Part shown: positions 44,801-53,931 of the stretch, piece by piece
Position numbering within the stretch: the stretch's first letter is position 1
Layout of the letters: each line of letters starts with the position of its first letter
IMG/VR virus record: IMGVR_UViG_3300001598_000037
Span: 1-64,000 of that record
Length of the DNA stretch: 64,000 nt
Origin: a virus
Lineage: Duplodnaviria; Caudoviricetes
Strand: one strand, 5' to 3'
Translations under genes and position numbers: made by a program
Notes under the pieces: model-generated
Seen by the model: only the letters and a program-made list of their open reading frames with translations
Database searches by the model: none
What the model was told of the DNA's origin: nothing

Positions 44801-45745
44801 TCTGGAGCATTTGATAATTTAATGCAAAAGCCAAGAAATTATATCTTAAGATCTTACTTTGTGTATTGTGCTAAACAATCAATTCAAAAGAAAGAAAAAA
44901 TGACGGCGACACAATTAAAACAAGCCATTGAATTAGGTATGGATTTGGAAAAATATCAAAAGAATTTAAGAGTATATAAATTCCAAAAATATATTGAAAA
45001 AAATCAACACGATGTAGCCAATAAGAGATATTTATTAAACGAGGAAGATTGTGTTAAATTCTTTAAGGTTATTATTTTACCTAATCTAAAAACTGATGAT
45101 TATAATGTTCTTCCTGGCGGAGATATTGCAGTTAAATGTACAGTATTAAATAAAATTATTTCAACATTAACTGCTCCTATTATGGAATATCTATCATCTC
45201 CAGAGGGAATTGATGCATTTTACAACGCTCAAATTGAAAATTATGTTAAAGGTATGGAAGAAAAATACTCTATTGGTAATCAATCAGCTTGGGAATTCCA
45301 AACAATGTCATTTTATCATGGACCTCACGAATTAGAGGGTGTTAAATTATTAACTGATCCTATTTTACATTTTCATAATTTACCAGACAATTCTGATAAA
45401 TGTTGTTATATTGCAGGTACTGTCATTGGTGCTGAAAATGGGAAACATTTAGTTTATTTAAATACCACATCTGGAGTGGTCGCAGCTAAGTTTTATGCAA
45501 GTAACTACATATTATATAATAAGAAAATTAGTGTAGTTGATCCTGATACAAAGAAGAAAACTGTATTAGATGACTCTTGGTTTAAAAAAGGTAATAAAGT
45601 TGTTATTTATGGTCAACGTAAAGAAAATATTTTTGCGACTAAAACCGATCGTAGTAGTGGCTATAATAGAACAGTAGGTTTAATTAAAGCCGTAGGATCA
45701 AATGGCGTTATGGATATTGCTTGGACAAGACAAAAACAAAAATAA
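41879..45745 (+). CDS. dnaE: DNA polymerase III alpha subunit (family C, DnaE-like with PHP domain)
   Basis: PHP HNHT, TDHE, STACLGG, TTDSHY; SRGSAAG-like VSRGSAG; catalytic LPDVDIDID and LKMDLL; FNRGHGVGYS; C-terminal OB fold. Confidence 0.95.
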   Translation: MYVSLHNHTTASNIKFLDCINRPKDMVKKAISLGFKGIAVTDHESLSSHVDFLKIKDSIKDCNPDFKIIFGNEIYLIDDGQYKNTNDFYHFILLAKDRVGYNQIRELSSRAWARSYVYKGIRRTPTFYTDIEEILGKDPGHIVASTACLGGELAKAILSKDADKLNKFITWCIKVFGRDSFFLEMQVSDSEEQVKCNKYIIKVSEHFGLKYIVTTDSHYLDKEDFKLFTSFLNSKSSSDRETEYFYKYTYMMSEQEMSDILATTGITYEQTAAAINNTYLIYNMIEDFDFRHGTIVPTIKIPEFQSLGVLKPYYEKYPIIKYMDESEYDQDRYMMYLIEKGLVDKHIIINDKIAARITEEIDVVKYISEQLNQRISAYLNLVKVIVDICWTISPVGVSRGSAGCFYINYLMDIVQMNPLDYDLPSFRFLNKARADALPDVDIDIDPNKNDAVVAALKEYFGHDNVINCATFKTEKLKSAVLNSARALGYNNDEAQAIAALVPQQRGIMYSLKDCLEGDEEKGLVPVPAFIDKLKSYEGLYEMVEKVEGLPTNASIHASALYIFNNGYDAQNSLMKAPNGTNITALNMHDSDDCGALKMDLLKTDAETKIGKAMDLLLRDNLIEWKGSLRDTYNYYLHPDKLDYNNVTMWELAADGKIPNLFQMETSVGQSAIKKMRPKTAEELATVNGLIRLTGGEGESPVDRYTRFKQDINLWYKEMKEYGLTDHEQELLRKHLDFTYGLCYNQEAFMLILMDPEIGGFTLKDADKGRKILAKKKVDDIAAFKEKFLTNTASTHEEFKQYVWDKMIAPQMQYSFNRGHGVGYSLIGLQEMNLATRWNPLYWACACLCVNSGNSDTNFEDSDEDYDESTSVEVVEEASDDKKEKSSAPNYIKIGKALCDAQHEGIKIGLPDINKSESDFLPDVSSNSILYSLKAITNVNDDLYERIVANRPYYKVSEFIEKVQPTTAQMVSLIKSGAFDNLMQKPRNYILRSYFVYCAKQSIQKKEKMTATQLKQAIELGMDLEKYQKNLRVYKFQKYIEKNQHDVANKRYLLNEEDCVKFFKVIILPNLKTDDYNVLPGGDIAVKCTVLNKIISTLTAPIMEYLSSPEGIDAFYNAQIENYVKGMEEKYSIGNQSAWEFQTMSFYHGPHELEGVKLLTDPILHFHNLPDNSDKCCYIAGTVIGAENGKHLVYLNTTSGVVAAKFYASNYILYNKKISVVDPDTKKKTVLDDSWFKKGNKVVIYGQRKENIFATKTDRSSGYNRTVGLIKAVGSNGVMDIAWTRQKQK

Positions 45746-45813
45746 AAATCAGTTAAAAAAAGTGAAATCATTTTAAAACAGCCAATACGGCCAAAGGGGG
45801 ATACGACTTAATT

Positions 45814-46071
45814 ATGAATTCAGTTAAAGATTTAGTAGTTTACGAAGTAGTGGTTACGACAGTTACAGAAGCCTATGTTCCAGATACAGAGGATATAGAA
45901 GGATTTAGTAATTTTGATGGGTATTTTGAAACATATTATTCAGATGTTAGTCATGGATTCTTTATCAGTCCCGAACTAGCTCAAAATTATATTGATACAT
46001 ATTTAAATCCACCAAAACTTAATGATAATGATGAAGTAGCCATTGTTCCACACAAAGTGGTAACAAAATAA
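45814..46071 (+). CDS. Hypothetical protein (85 aa)
   Basis: ORF with GGGGG SD. Confidence 0.6.
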   Translation: MNSVKDLVVYEVVVTTVTEAYVPDTEDIEGFSNFDGYFETYYSDVSHGFFISPELAQNYIDTYLNPPKLNDNDEVAIVPHKVVTK

Positions 46072-46092
46072 AAAAAAATATAAAGAAAACAG

Positions 46093-46121
46093 TTGACTTA
46101 TATATTGTTATGATATATAAT
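46093..46121 (+). promoter_or_regulatory. Sigma-A promoter
   Basis: TTGACT, 17 nt, TATAAT. Confidence 0.8.
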
Positions 46122-46128
46122 TGAAAAT

Positions 46129-46198
46129 GAGGAGAGGGCAAAGATCGACTGTGCACGGTCTGAAACGGGAATGAACCCCCTAAGATCCTCCTCTCCTC
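46129..46198 (+). ncRNA. Structured 5' leader (three-way junction) of the recD2 operon
   Basis: GAGGAGAGG/CCTCTCCTC, GATC/GATC, GACTG-TGCA-CGGTC and GGG-AATGAA-CCC; begins at the predicted start site. Confidence 0.55.
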
Positions 46199-46225
46199 AA
46201 AACTTTTATGAAAGGATTTATACTA

Positions 46226-48655
46226 ATGAAAGCAAGTGAAATTAAAAACAAAACAATCAAAGTGAAAGTAACTCCAAATAATATGACTTATCCTAGATCT
46301 GGTTTCAAATCTGGCGATTTTGCGATTATTAAGTTTAGAGTGGATCAAGTCATCGAAGGCGAGATCCCTGACGAATGTTGTGCAAGTATTGTCTTTGGAG
46401 ATTCAAACGAGAATGCTCATAGAGAATATATTATCTGCGTTAAAGGCAATTTCCCTTCAATCTCTTTCATTAGTCAGTATATATTAACAGGGGAACTTGT
46501 GATTGATAAAACATGGGGGCCTCAATATAATCTTACTGCGATTAGATTAGACTATAATCTACAAGATGCAAATGAACAAAAGAAGTTCTTTAGTTTCTTC
46601 ATGACAGAAAATCAAGTAAATGCATTATTTGAATCGGTTGAAAATCCAATTTCTTTACTAGAAAACAAAGATATTGGTGAATTATGTAAAGTAAAGGGTA
46701 TCGGTCCATCTATTGCTCAAAAGCTTTGTGAACGTTATGAAGGATGTAAAGATAATTCAACAGCTTATATAGGATTAAAAGATTTAGGTCTAACAAAAAA
46801 TGCCATTGATAAATTGGTTAAGTTTTATGGATCGCCTGATATTGTTATCTCTAAGATAGACGCAAATCCATATATCTTAGCAACTGAAGTATCTGGTTAT
46901 GGTTGGTTAAAGACAGATGCGATTGCTATGAAAAAAGGTTTCGCGAAAGACTGTCGCTTCAGAGTTGAAGCATATACTAAATACTTCTTAGAACAACAAG
47001 CAGATCAAGCTGGGAATAGCTGGGTAAAGATCAACGATCTTCTATCTGCCGTTGCCACTGAATGTTATCCTGTTACAAACGAAAACTTAAATCAATGGTT
47101 AAAAGAAATTATGATTGGTCCAAAAGACTTTGAAAAATATTATGCGAAAATGCTTGCAGGAGAAGAAGTAAAACCATTAAATGAAATGCCACTTTTATTT
47201 TACGATCCAGAGCAACAAAAGGTCGGTTTATTCTCTCTTCGTTTTATGGAAAAAGAAATTGCCAGACATTTAAAGAGAATTAAATCAGCTCCATGTGTAA
47301 GATCTTTTAGCCAATCAACAATTGAAATGTGTATTGAAGAAGCCGAAAATCAACAAGGTTTTAAATACACAGATGAACAAAAACAAACTATATTTAATAT
47401 AGTAAATAATAATGTATCTATTCTTACTGGTTCAGCGGGAACAGGTAAGACAACGACTTTAACAGCAGTAGTTAAAGTATTTAAAAGATATGGTTTACAA
47501 ATCCAACAATGTGCTTTATCAGGCAGAGCTGCTTCTAAATTAAAAGAAGTAACTAAAATTGATGGTAAAACAATACATAGAACACTATGTTATATTCCTG
47601 ATAAAGAATCATTCAAATATAATGAGAGATGCAAAATGCCTCATGATGTAATTATTCTTGATGAAACATCTATGGTAGGTGGAGATATTTTCTTATCATT
47701 AATTCAAGCTATCAGAGATGGTGCTAAATTAATTATGGTTGGAGATATTAAACAGCTCGAAGCAATCGGGTTAGCCAATGTTCTAAAAGATTGTATGGGT
47801 TCAGCTTATATACCTACTTCTATGTTAAGTAAGATCCATCGTCAAGCAGCAGCTTCTGGTATCATTACACAATCTATTAATATGAGTAATGGTATGCAGA
47901 TGTGTAAAAATGATTTTGTGGGAGAAGAAATTCGAGGGGAATTAAAAGACTTTAAATTAGTCGCTTCATATAAACCAGAAGCAGTATCTTATAATATCAT
48001 TAGAGAGTTTAGAAGATTATATAATGAGCAACACATTCCTGCGGATCAAATTCAAGTAATTGTTCCAATGAGAGTAAGGGGAAATATTTCTTGTAATAAT
48101 TTGAATTCTCAAATACAAGAGATTGTTAATCCAGGTGTGCATCCAAGACAAGTATTCCAACAATATACTGAAAATGGTACGACATATCAAGTATGTTATA
48201 AACCAGGAGATCGTATTATTGTGGTTAAGAACAATTATCATGCTAAAACTCCAGAAGGTAAAGAAGTCGCTATCTTCAATGGAAACTTAGGCGTCATTAA
48301 AGATATATATAATAACTCAATGATAGTCGAAGTTGATGGAGTTGATAAAGTGGTTTTATCTAAGGATGAATGGTATGATATTAACTTAGCTTATGCAATT
48401 ACTTGTCATAAATTACAAGGTTCGCAAGCGCCTTATTGTATTGTTGGTTTGAATACAAGTTGTTATGCTTTGTATTCAAAAGAGTGGCTATACACAGCCG
48501 TAACAAGAGCCACAAAGTTCTGTGCACTGGTTGTACAAACAAGTTCATTGAACCAAGCAGTTCGTATTAGTCATGTTAAGACTAAACAAACGTGGTTGTG
48601 TAAAGATTTAGTAGAGTTTTATTTAGCAGAGCATGCTGGAGAGGGGTTTAATTAA
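46226..48655 (+). CDS. recD2: RecD2-like SF1 helicase
   Basis: N-terminal OB and HhH (KVKGIGPS) domains, Walker A TGSAGTGKTT, ILDETSM, GDIKQL, YAITCHKLQGSQ, LYTAVTRA; start moved to fit the AAAGGA SD. Confidence 0.9.
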   Translation: MKASEIKNKTIKVKVTPNNMTYPRSGFKSGDFAIIKFRVDQVIEGEIPDECCASIVFGDSNENAHREYIICVKGNFPSISFISQYILTGELVIDKTWGPQYNLTAIRLDYNLQDANEQKKFFSFFMTENQVNALFESVENPISLLENKDIGELCKVKGIGPSIAQKLCERYEGCKDNSTAYIGLKDLGLTKNAIDKLVKFYGSPDIVISKIDANPYILATEVSGYGWLKTDAIAMKKGFAKDCRFRVEAYTKYFLEQQADQAGNSWVKINDLLSAVATECYPVTNENLNQWLKEIMIGPKDFEKYYAKMLAGEEVKPLNEMPLLFYDPEQQKVGLFSLRFMEKEIARHLKRIKSAPCVRSFSQSTIEMCIEEAENQQGFKYTDEQKQTIFNIVNNNVSILTGSAGTGKTTTLTAVVKVFKRYGLQIQQCALSGRAASKLKEVTKIDGKTIHRTLCYIPDKESFKYNERCKMPHDVIILDETSMVGGDIFLSLIQAIRDGAKLIMVGDIKQLEAIGLANVLKDCMGSAYIPTSMLSKIHRQAAASGIITQSINMSNGMQMCKNDFVGEEIRGELKDFKLVASYKPEAVSYNIIREFRRLYNEQHIPADQIQVIVPMRVRGNISCNNLNSQIQEIVNPGVHPRQVFQQYTENGTTYQVCYKPGDRIIVVKNNYHAKTPEGKEVAIFNGNLGVIKDIYNNSMIVEVDGVDKVVLSKDEWYDINLAYAITCHKLQGSQAPYCIVGLNTSCYALYSKEWLYTAVTRATKFCALVVQTSSLNQAVRISHVKTKQTWLCKDLVEFYLAEHAGEGFN

Positions 48656-48656
48656 T

Positions 48657-49238
48657 ATGGCAGTATATGTAATTTCAGATCTACATTTTAACCATCCTGG
48701 TATATTAAAAATGGAACGAAAACAGTTTAGTTTAGTCGATGATCATAATGAATATGTCATACGACAATACAACTCTGTGGTCGGCCCTAATGACACCTGC
48801 TATATATTAGGAGACATCGGATTCTATAATGTATACGACTTAGCTCCGCTCTGCCGTAGGCTCAACGGTCATAAAATTATGATTAGAGGTAATCATGATA
48901 GATTTACTGATCGTGAAGCTAAAGAACTCTTAGGTTTTGAGGAAGTAATTAATCATCCATATTATTATGATGATCATACAATACTTTCTCATGAACCAGT
49001 TAGAGAAGCATTGGATAATCCATATGTGATTAACATACACGGACATATCCATAAGACAGAATTAGTCAAAGACAGATGCAAAAATTACATTAATGTAAAC
49101 TGTCATATGATTCATTATCTGCCTATTAATATTGAATTATTGCATAAAAAATATCAAAATATATGCAATAAATCCAGACAAGAAACTTATGGCAAAGAAT
49201 GGTACTATGATTTCTATGCTGTTAAGGATAAAAATTAA
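48657..49238 (+). CDS. Calcineurin-like metallophosphoesterase
   Basis: ISDLHFNH, ILGDIG, RGNHD, SHEP, HGHIH. Confidence 0.85.
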   Translation: MAVYVISDLHFNHPGILKMERKQFSLVDDHNEYVIRQYNSVVGPNDTCYILGDIGFYNVYDLAPLCRRLNGHKIMIRGNHDRFTDREAKELLGFEEVINHPYYYDDHTILSHEPVREALDNPYVINIHGHIHKTELVKDRCKNYINVNCHMIHYLPINIELLHKKYQNICNKSRQETYGKEWYYDFYAVKDKN

Positions 49239-49258
49239 TTAAAAAAGGAGAAAAAAAC

Positions 49259-49537
49259 ATGAAAGAAACTTTATTAAATGCATTTGTTGAAATGCAAACA
49301 AACTATTTTAAGGAAATTCAAAAAGAAAATCTTAAGGATGAACCAAGCAGAGAAGCTTTAATTGCAAAACAAACTATTATTGACACTTTATCTTGGGCTA
49401 TCAATGTTGTTAAGAGTGTTGCTGCTGCTGAAGCCGCTGAAGCTGCTGCTAAGACAGAAGAAACTTCTGAGGAAAAAGTAGAACCAGTTGAAGAAGTTCC
49501 TGAAACAAAACCTGAAACAGACAAAGAAGTTGCTTAA
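49259..49537 (+). CDS. Hypothetical protein with Ala/Glu-rich tail
   Basis: AAGGAG SD. Confidence 0.7.
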   Translation: MKETLLNAFVEMQTNYFKEIQKENLKDEPSREALIAKQTIIDTLSWAINVVKSVAAAEAAEAAAKTEETSEEKVEPVEEVPETKPETDKEVA

Positions 49538-49557
49538 TTAAATTAGTTTGAAGATAG

Positions 49558-49582
49558 TCCGTATGTTTCATACGGATTTTCT
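49558..49582 (+). terminator. Intrinsic terminator
   Basis: TCCGTATG-TTT-CATACGGA followed by TTTTCT. Confidence 0.75.
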
Positions 49583-49602
49583 ATTCTAGGGAGGATTTTA
49601 AT

Positions 49603-50304
49603 ATGTCAAACAATAAAATTATTTTTTCACCAGAGGATAAACGAGATTACTCTGCCGTAGATTTTTTAAACTTTGAAACAGTACTCCCCGAGGAGTATAA
49701 AGCACCAGCTACAAATGTCAGATTTCAATGGTTATCTGGTCAATGTGTTTGTTTCGCCATTACTCAAGCAATGAGTCAATACGAAAAAGCTACAACAGGA
49801 TCTTATAATACATATTCACCTGGATTGTTATACGCCAACAGAGAATCTAATGATTATCAAGGAGAAGGATGGTATGTACGAAAAGGTCTAAAACAAGCGT
49901 ATAAATATGGTACATGTCTAGAGTCAGATTTTCCATTTCCTGAAAGTTATGAAAAAGAAAGAAAACAATTTTTAGCCGATCAAGAACACTTATTAAAATT
50001 GGCTGAAAATAATAAAATTACATCCTATTTTAGATGTAAAACAGAAGAAGAAATTAAAAGATGTATTATGCAATGCGGATCTGTTATTGTAAGCAGTAGT
50101 TCAAATATTAAGTTCTTCTGGTCTGCAAATATCACCAATGAAACGATAGAAGGCGCCAAAGGTGGACACGCATATATCCTAGTAGGATGGGATAAAAATG
50201 GATGGATCGCTCAAGACAGCTATACAATTTTTAGACCAATTTTAGGTCGCCCGCATATTGCGTATGATTTCAAATTTGATGAAGCGTGGGGTATTTTAAA
50301 ATAA
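49603..50304 (+). CDS. Papain-like (C1) cysteine peptidase
   Basis: QWLSGQCVCFA (Gln + catalytic Cys), GGHAYILVGW (His), AQDSY in place of the usual NSW. Confidence 0.75.
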   Translation: MSNNKIIFSPEDKRDYSAVDFLNFETVLPEEYKAPATNVRFQWLSGQCVCFAITQAMSQYEKATTGSYNTYSPGLLYANRESNDYQGEGWYVRKGLKQAYKYGTCLESDFPFPESYEKERKQFLADQEHLLKLAENNKITSYFRCKTEEEIKRCIMQCGSVIVSSSSNIKFFWSANITNETIEGAKGGHAYILVGWDKNGWIAQDSYTIFRPILGRPHIAYDFKFDEAWGILK

Positions 50305-50329
50305 AAATAAATTTTTTTAATTTAATGTG

Positions 50330-50358
50330 TTGACATTATATTCTTCTTTTGCTATAAT
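50330..50358 (+). promoter_or_regulatory. Sigma-A promoter
   Basis: TTGACA, 17 nt, TG-n-TATAAT. Confidence 0.85.
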
Positions 50359-50409
50359 AATATTGATCTTAGAAATAGATCAAAAAAATATAGAAAAGGA
50401 GAATATAAT

Positions 50410-50691
50410 ATGACATTAAATCATGTAGATGCTATTGTCACACAAGCATTAAAAAAGAGTGGCTATACTAGTGAAAGGAGAGAATCTGTTAGTACTAATT
50501 CAATTTATTATAAAATTTACAGCTCAAGTGGTTGCGATCTTATGTTCAGAGTTGCTGATCACTCTACTAAGAGCGATGTAATTACGTTAAGAGTAGATAA
50601 AAAACTAACAGAACAATCTATTAAGAATTTTGTAAGTAATAGAGTGGCCGATCTAGGACACAGAGCCTTAAAAAAATTCTTTGGAGAATAA
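50410..50691 (+). CDS. Hypothetical protein (93 aa)
   Basis: AAGGAG SD after the promoter. Confidence 0.7.
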   Translation: MTLNHVDAIVTQALKKSGYTSERRESVSTNSIYYKIYSSSGCDLMFRVADHSTKSDVITLRVDKKLTEQSIKNFVSNRVADLGHRALKKFFGE

Positions 50692-50707
50692 AAACGGAGG
50701 GGAAAAT

Positions 50708-51895
50708 ATGAAGAAAAAATACAATCGTATCTATTTAGATGGCGCAGCTAATACTCCCTTAGATAAAAAAGTATTTAGAGCTATGAAACCTTATTTTAAA
50801 GATAATTTTGTAGGCAACTCACATGCGATCCATGAACAAGGCATCAAGGTAATGACAGCTATTGAGGACAGCAGAGCCGAGTGCGAAAAAGCATTAGGAT
50901 GCGGAGATCATCATCAGGTTTTCTTTACTTCTGGCGCAACAGAGGGTAATAACTGGGTAATTAAATCTCTAGCTTATCATGCAAGATCTGATTCTGGCAG
51001 CAAACGCAATACAATAGTCTGCTCGGCTGTCGAACACAGCTCTGTGCTCAATACTTGTAAACAACTTGAAACAGAAGGATTTAATGTAATATATGTTAAT
51101 CCTCGTCCATCAGGTAGAATATTTATTAAAGATATTGAAAAAGTAATTAATAATGATACAATTTTAGTATGTTTAATGGCAGTGAATAATGAAACAGGGG
51201 TAACTAATCATATCAATCAAGTCGCTAAATATGCCCATTTATATAGAGCTTATTTACTTACAGACTGCACTCAAGCGTTAACTTATGGCGGTGCATATAC
51301 TAAAATTGCATCTATCTATTCATCTGCTGATTATTTAACTTTTTCTGGCCATAAAATCTATGGACCAACAGGTACAGGCATTTTAGTTAAACGCAATGCA
51401 GCTCCACTATATCCTTTAATTACAGGAGGATCTCAGGAGTTGGGTTTAAGAGGTGGAACACATAATACGGCTGGTATTGTTGGTATCGCTGCGGCTCTTA
51501 AATTAATGGCACAAAATAGTTATTCTGATCATTTTAATCAATTATATGAATATTTTACTGAACAAATAGATGCTTTTAATAAAGAATATAAAACTAAAAT
51601 TCACATTAACGGAACATTGGGACACAAAAATATTATAAACCTTAATTGTAGTTCAATATATAGGTTTAGTTCATTAGCAAGTTTATTAGATGGGTTTGGA
51701 TTATCAGTATCAGCGGGATCTGCGTGTGATGCTAATGCTGTATCAATTCCATCTCATGTATTATTGGCGATGGGTATCCCATTGGACGATATAGGCAGTT
51801 GTATTAGAATTTCTTTTACAAAAGACACTACCAAGAAAGATATTCAACAATTTTTCACAATTTTAAAGAAATTATTTGCATTATGGGGAAAATAA
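50708..51895 (+). CDS. iscS: Cysteine desulfurase (IscS/NifS class V PLP enzyme)
   Basis: YLDGAANTP, FTSGATE, VEHSSV, PLP lysine SGHKIYGP, RGGTHN, catalytic SAGSAC; start moved to fit the GGAGG SD. Confidence 0.92.
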   Translation: MKKKYNRIYLDGAANTPLDKKVFRAMKPYFKDNFVGNSHAIHEQGIKVMTAIEDSRAECEKALGCGDHHQVFFTSGATEGNNWVIKSLAYHARSDSGSKRNTIVCSAVEHSSVLNTCKQLETEGFNVIYVNPRPSGRIFIKDIEKVINNDTILVCLMAVNNETGVTNHINQVAKYAHLYRAYLLTDCTQALTYGGAYTKIASIYSSADYLTFSGHKIYGPTGTGILVKRNAAPLYPLITGGSQELGLRGGTHNTAGIVGIAAALKLMAQNSYSDHFNQLYEYFTEQIDAFNKEYKTKIHINGTLGHKNIINLNCSSIYRFSSLASLLDGFGLSVSAGSACDANAVSIPSHVLLAMGIPLDDIGSCIRISFTKDTTKKDIQQFFTILKKLFALWGK

Positions 51896-51935
51896 TGCTA
51901 TAATATATACAGGTAACATATGGAGGGACAAAATT

Positions 51936-52550
51936 ATGGAAAACACAGATAATCGTTACGAAGGAAGAAAATTAAGATCAAAAATTTACAAGGAATTGGA
52001 TGAACATTTATCCATCGCACGTCTACAAGAAATATTAGGATGTGGGTATAATGATACAGAAAGAGCCATGAAAAAACTCGAAAATGACGGATATGTAGAA
52101 GGTAATCCAGTCGATACGGCTCTTTGCTGGGGTTGCAGATGGGTTTATGGACAACCAGATCAAAATGGTAATCGTTGTTCATGGGCACATTCTCTAACAC
52201 CAAGATCTGAGTGGGTCGAAAATGTAAATTATTTAGTTACTATCAGAGAACCTAAAACAGGAGAAAAAGGCCTATGCGTTCAAAAATGTAAAGGATTTGA
52301 TCTAAATTGCTACAAACTTGAAAAGAAATATATCATTGCAATCTTACTTAAATTCTATCAAAAAATAGATCCAGAAGCTTTTACTAAGACATTTTTTGTA
52401 AAAGCTAAATCATCAGTCTTTGATACATGGTTACAATTATTCAATGATTTTAGAGATTTGATTGATTTTCCACCATTATCAATTGAAGAACCTGAAACGT
52501 ATGACGATCTTACAGAAGAAGATTATGAAGTAACAGGATTAGTAAGCTAA
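51936..52550 (+). CDS. Hypothetical protein (HTH-like N-terminus, Cys-containing middle)
   Basis: GGAGG SD before ATG 51936; LSIARLQEILGCGYNDTERAMKKL; CWGC...C...C. Confidence 0.6.
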   Translation: MENTDNRYEGRKLRSKIYKELDEHLSIARLQEILGCGYNDTERAMKKLENDGYVEGNPVDTALCWGCRWVYGQPDQNGNRCSWAHSLTPRSEWVENVNYLVTIREPKTGEKGLCVQKCKGFDLNCYKLEKKYIIAILLKFYQKIDPEAFTKTFFVKAKSSVFDTWLQLFNDFRDLIDFPPLSIEEPETYDDLTEEDYEVTGLVS

Positions 52551-52563
52551 AAGGGGTGTAAAT

Positions 52564-53046
52564 ATGAAAATAAAAATTAATAAATTAAATGATCAATTAA
52601 TTATGCCAACAAGAGGCCATTATAATGATGCGGGTATTGATTGCTATGCATTAGAGGATATTACTTTAAAATGTTTAGAACCACAACATCTTATGCAACA
52701 AGAAAATGGGTATTTAATTGGAGAAAAAAGTGTATGTCAATCATATCCAACTATGATTTCATTAGGGTTTGGCATTGAATTACCAGATGGTTATATGGCA
52801 GTGTTAAAACCAAGATCTAGCATGAATTCCAAAGGTATTATTACACAAATTGGAACGATTGATTCTGGATATCATGGAGAAATTAAAGCAGTTTTGATCA
52901 ATTTAACTGGATCAGATTATCAAATTAAACGTGGTGATCGTATATGTCAGTTAGTTATAGAACCAGTAATTTATGCTGATTTTGTAGAAACATTAGAAGA
53001 AAAGGAGGCTCGCGGAAATGGCGGATTTGGTAGTACAGGAAAATAA
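52564..53046 (+). CDS. dut: Trimeric dUTPase
   Basis: All five motifs: AGIDC, PRSS, GTIDSGYHGEI, RICQLV, RGNGGFGSTG. Confidence 0.95.
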   Translation: MKIKINKLNDQLIMPTRGHYNDAGIDCYALEDITLKCLEPQHLMQQENGYLIGEKSVCQSYPTMISLGFGIELPDGYMAVLKPRSSMNSKGIITQIGTIDSGYHGEIKAVLINLTGSDYQIKRGDRICQLVIEPVIYADFVETLEEKEARGNGGFGSTGK

Positions 53047-53293
53047 GGAAACTTTCCAAGTAGGTAAAGAAAAGATCAACGTAGTTGATTCAATTCCAGT
53101 GGTTTATGTAGTCTTACGTAACCAAACAATTTATAATAAAAAAACAAAACAAACAGACGAAGTCACAAACATCCTTAGAGTTTTTGTTAATGAGGATAAG
53201 GCAAAAGCGTATGTAATTAAGAAGACAGAGGAAAGAGGCAAAGATAAATCAATTCAATATTACTCTGTTCCGACAGTATTTGGAGATATTTAA
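53018..53293 (+). CDS. Hypothetical protein (91 aa)
   Basis: GGAGG SD inside the dut 3' end. Confidence 0.55.
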   Translation: MADLVVQENKETFQVGKEKINVVDSIPVVYVVLRNQTIYNKKTKQTDEVTNILRVFVNEDKAKAYVIKKTEERGKDKSIQYYSVPTVFGDI

Positions 53294-53307
53294 AAGGAGA
53301 TCAACAC

Positions 53308-53931
53308 ATGAATGGTAATGTAGAAATTACAGCTAAAGATTTATATCAATTTTTAATTGTAGAATGTCGTTATGGTTATGCAAGAAACAATCATTTAATG
53401 CCTGGCGGAGCATATGATCATGTTAAAAAATATTTACCTCTATTACTTAACACAGATAGTGATTGGGCGATAGATACAGCTAGACAATTATGCGAAGAAT
53501 GTATTGGCCATCAATTAACACTTTGGAATGAGCCTGATGACGACGATAAATATAATAATCGTCATGAAGCCTTAGAGTTTGTGGAATATTTATTAGATTT
53601 TATTCATTCTAATAGTACTTATTTTGATTGGACACCTTTCAATTATTCGATTTATGTAAAGAATAAAGGTTTTGATGATCAACCAATCTATAATATATAT
53701 GAAATTAATTATGAAACCATCATTGCTGATGATGTCTCAAAAATCAGACCATTGAAACAGGTTAATAATGAATTATTATCTAGAAATGATTTACCAGAAT
53801 TTTTTGCTAACAATATTATAAAAAAGAAGGAATATTCATATAGAAAATATAAAGTTGGTAATAAACTTGTTTATATTTTCGATGATATCCAAAAAGCATA
53901 CATCATTCAACAAGGAGGAGAAACAGCATGA
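53308..53931 (+). CDS. Hypothetical protein (207 aa)
   Basis: AAGGAG SD. Confidence 0.7.
   Translation: MNGNVEITAKDLYQFLIVECRYGYARNNHLMPGGAYDHVKKYLPLLLNTDSDWAIDTARQLCEECIGHQLTLWNEPDDDDKYNNRHEALEFVEYLLDFIHSNSTYFDWTPFNYSIYVKNKGFDDQPIYNIYEINYETIIADDVSKIRPLKQVNNELLSRNDLPEFFANNIIKKKEYSYRKYKVGNKLVYIFDDIQKAYIIQQGGETA

Noticed and set aside
46129-46198. Hammerhead ribozyme or c-di-GMP-I riboswitch
   Set aside because: Lacks the CUGANGA/GAAA core arrangement. GGCAAA is present, but the GNRA loop and receptor architecture is not.
50708-51895. Dnd phosphorothioation system (DndA)
   Set aside because: No dndB-E or ssp genes recognisable in the window; kept only as an open possibility.
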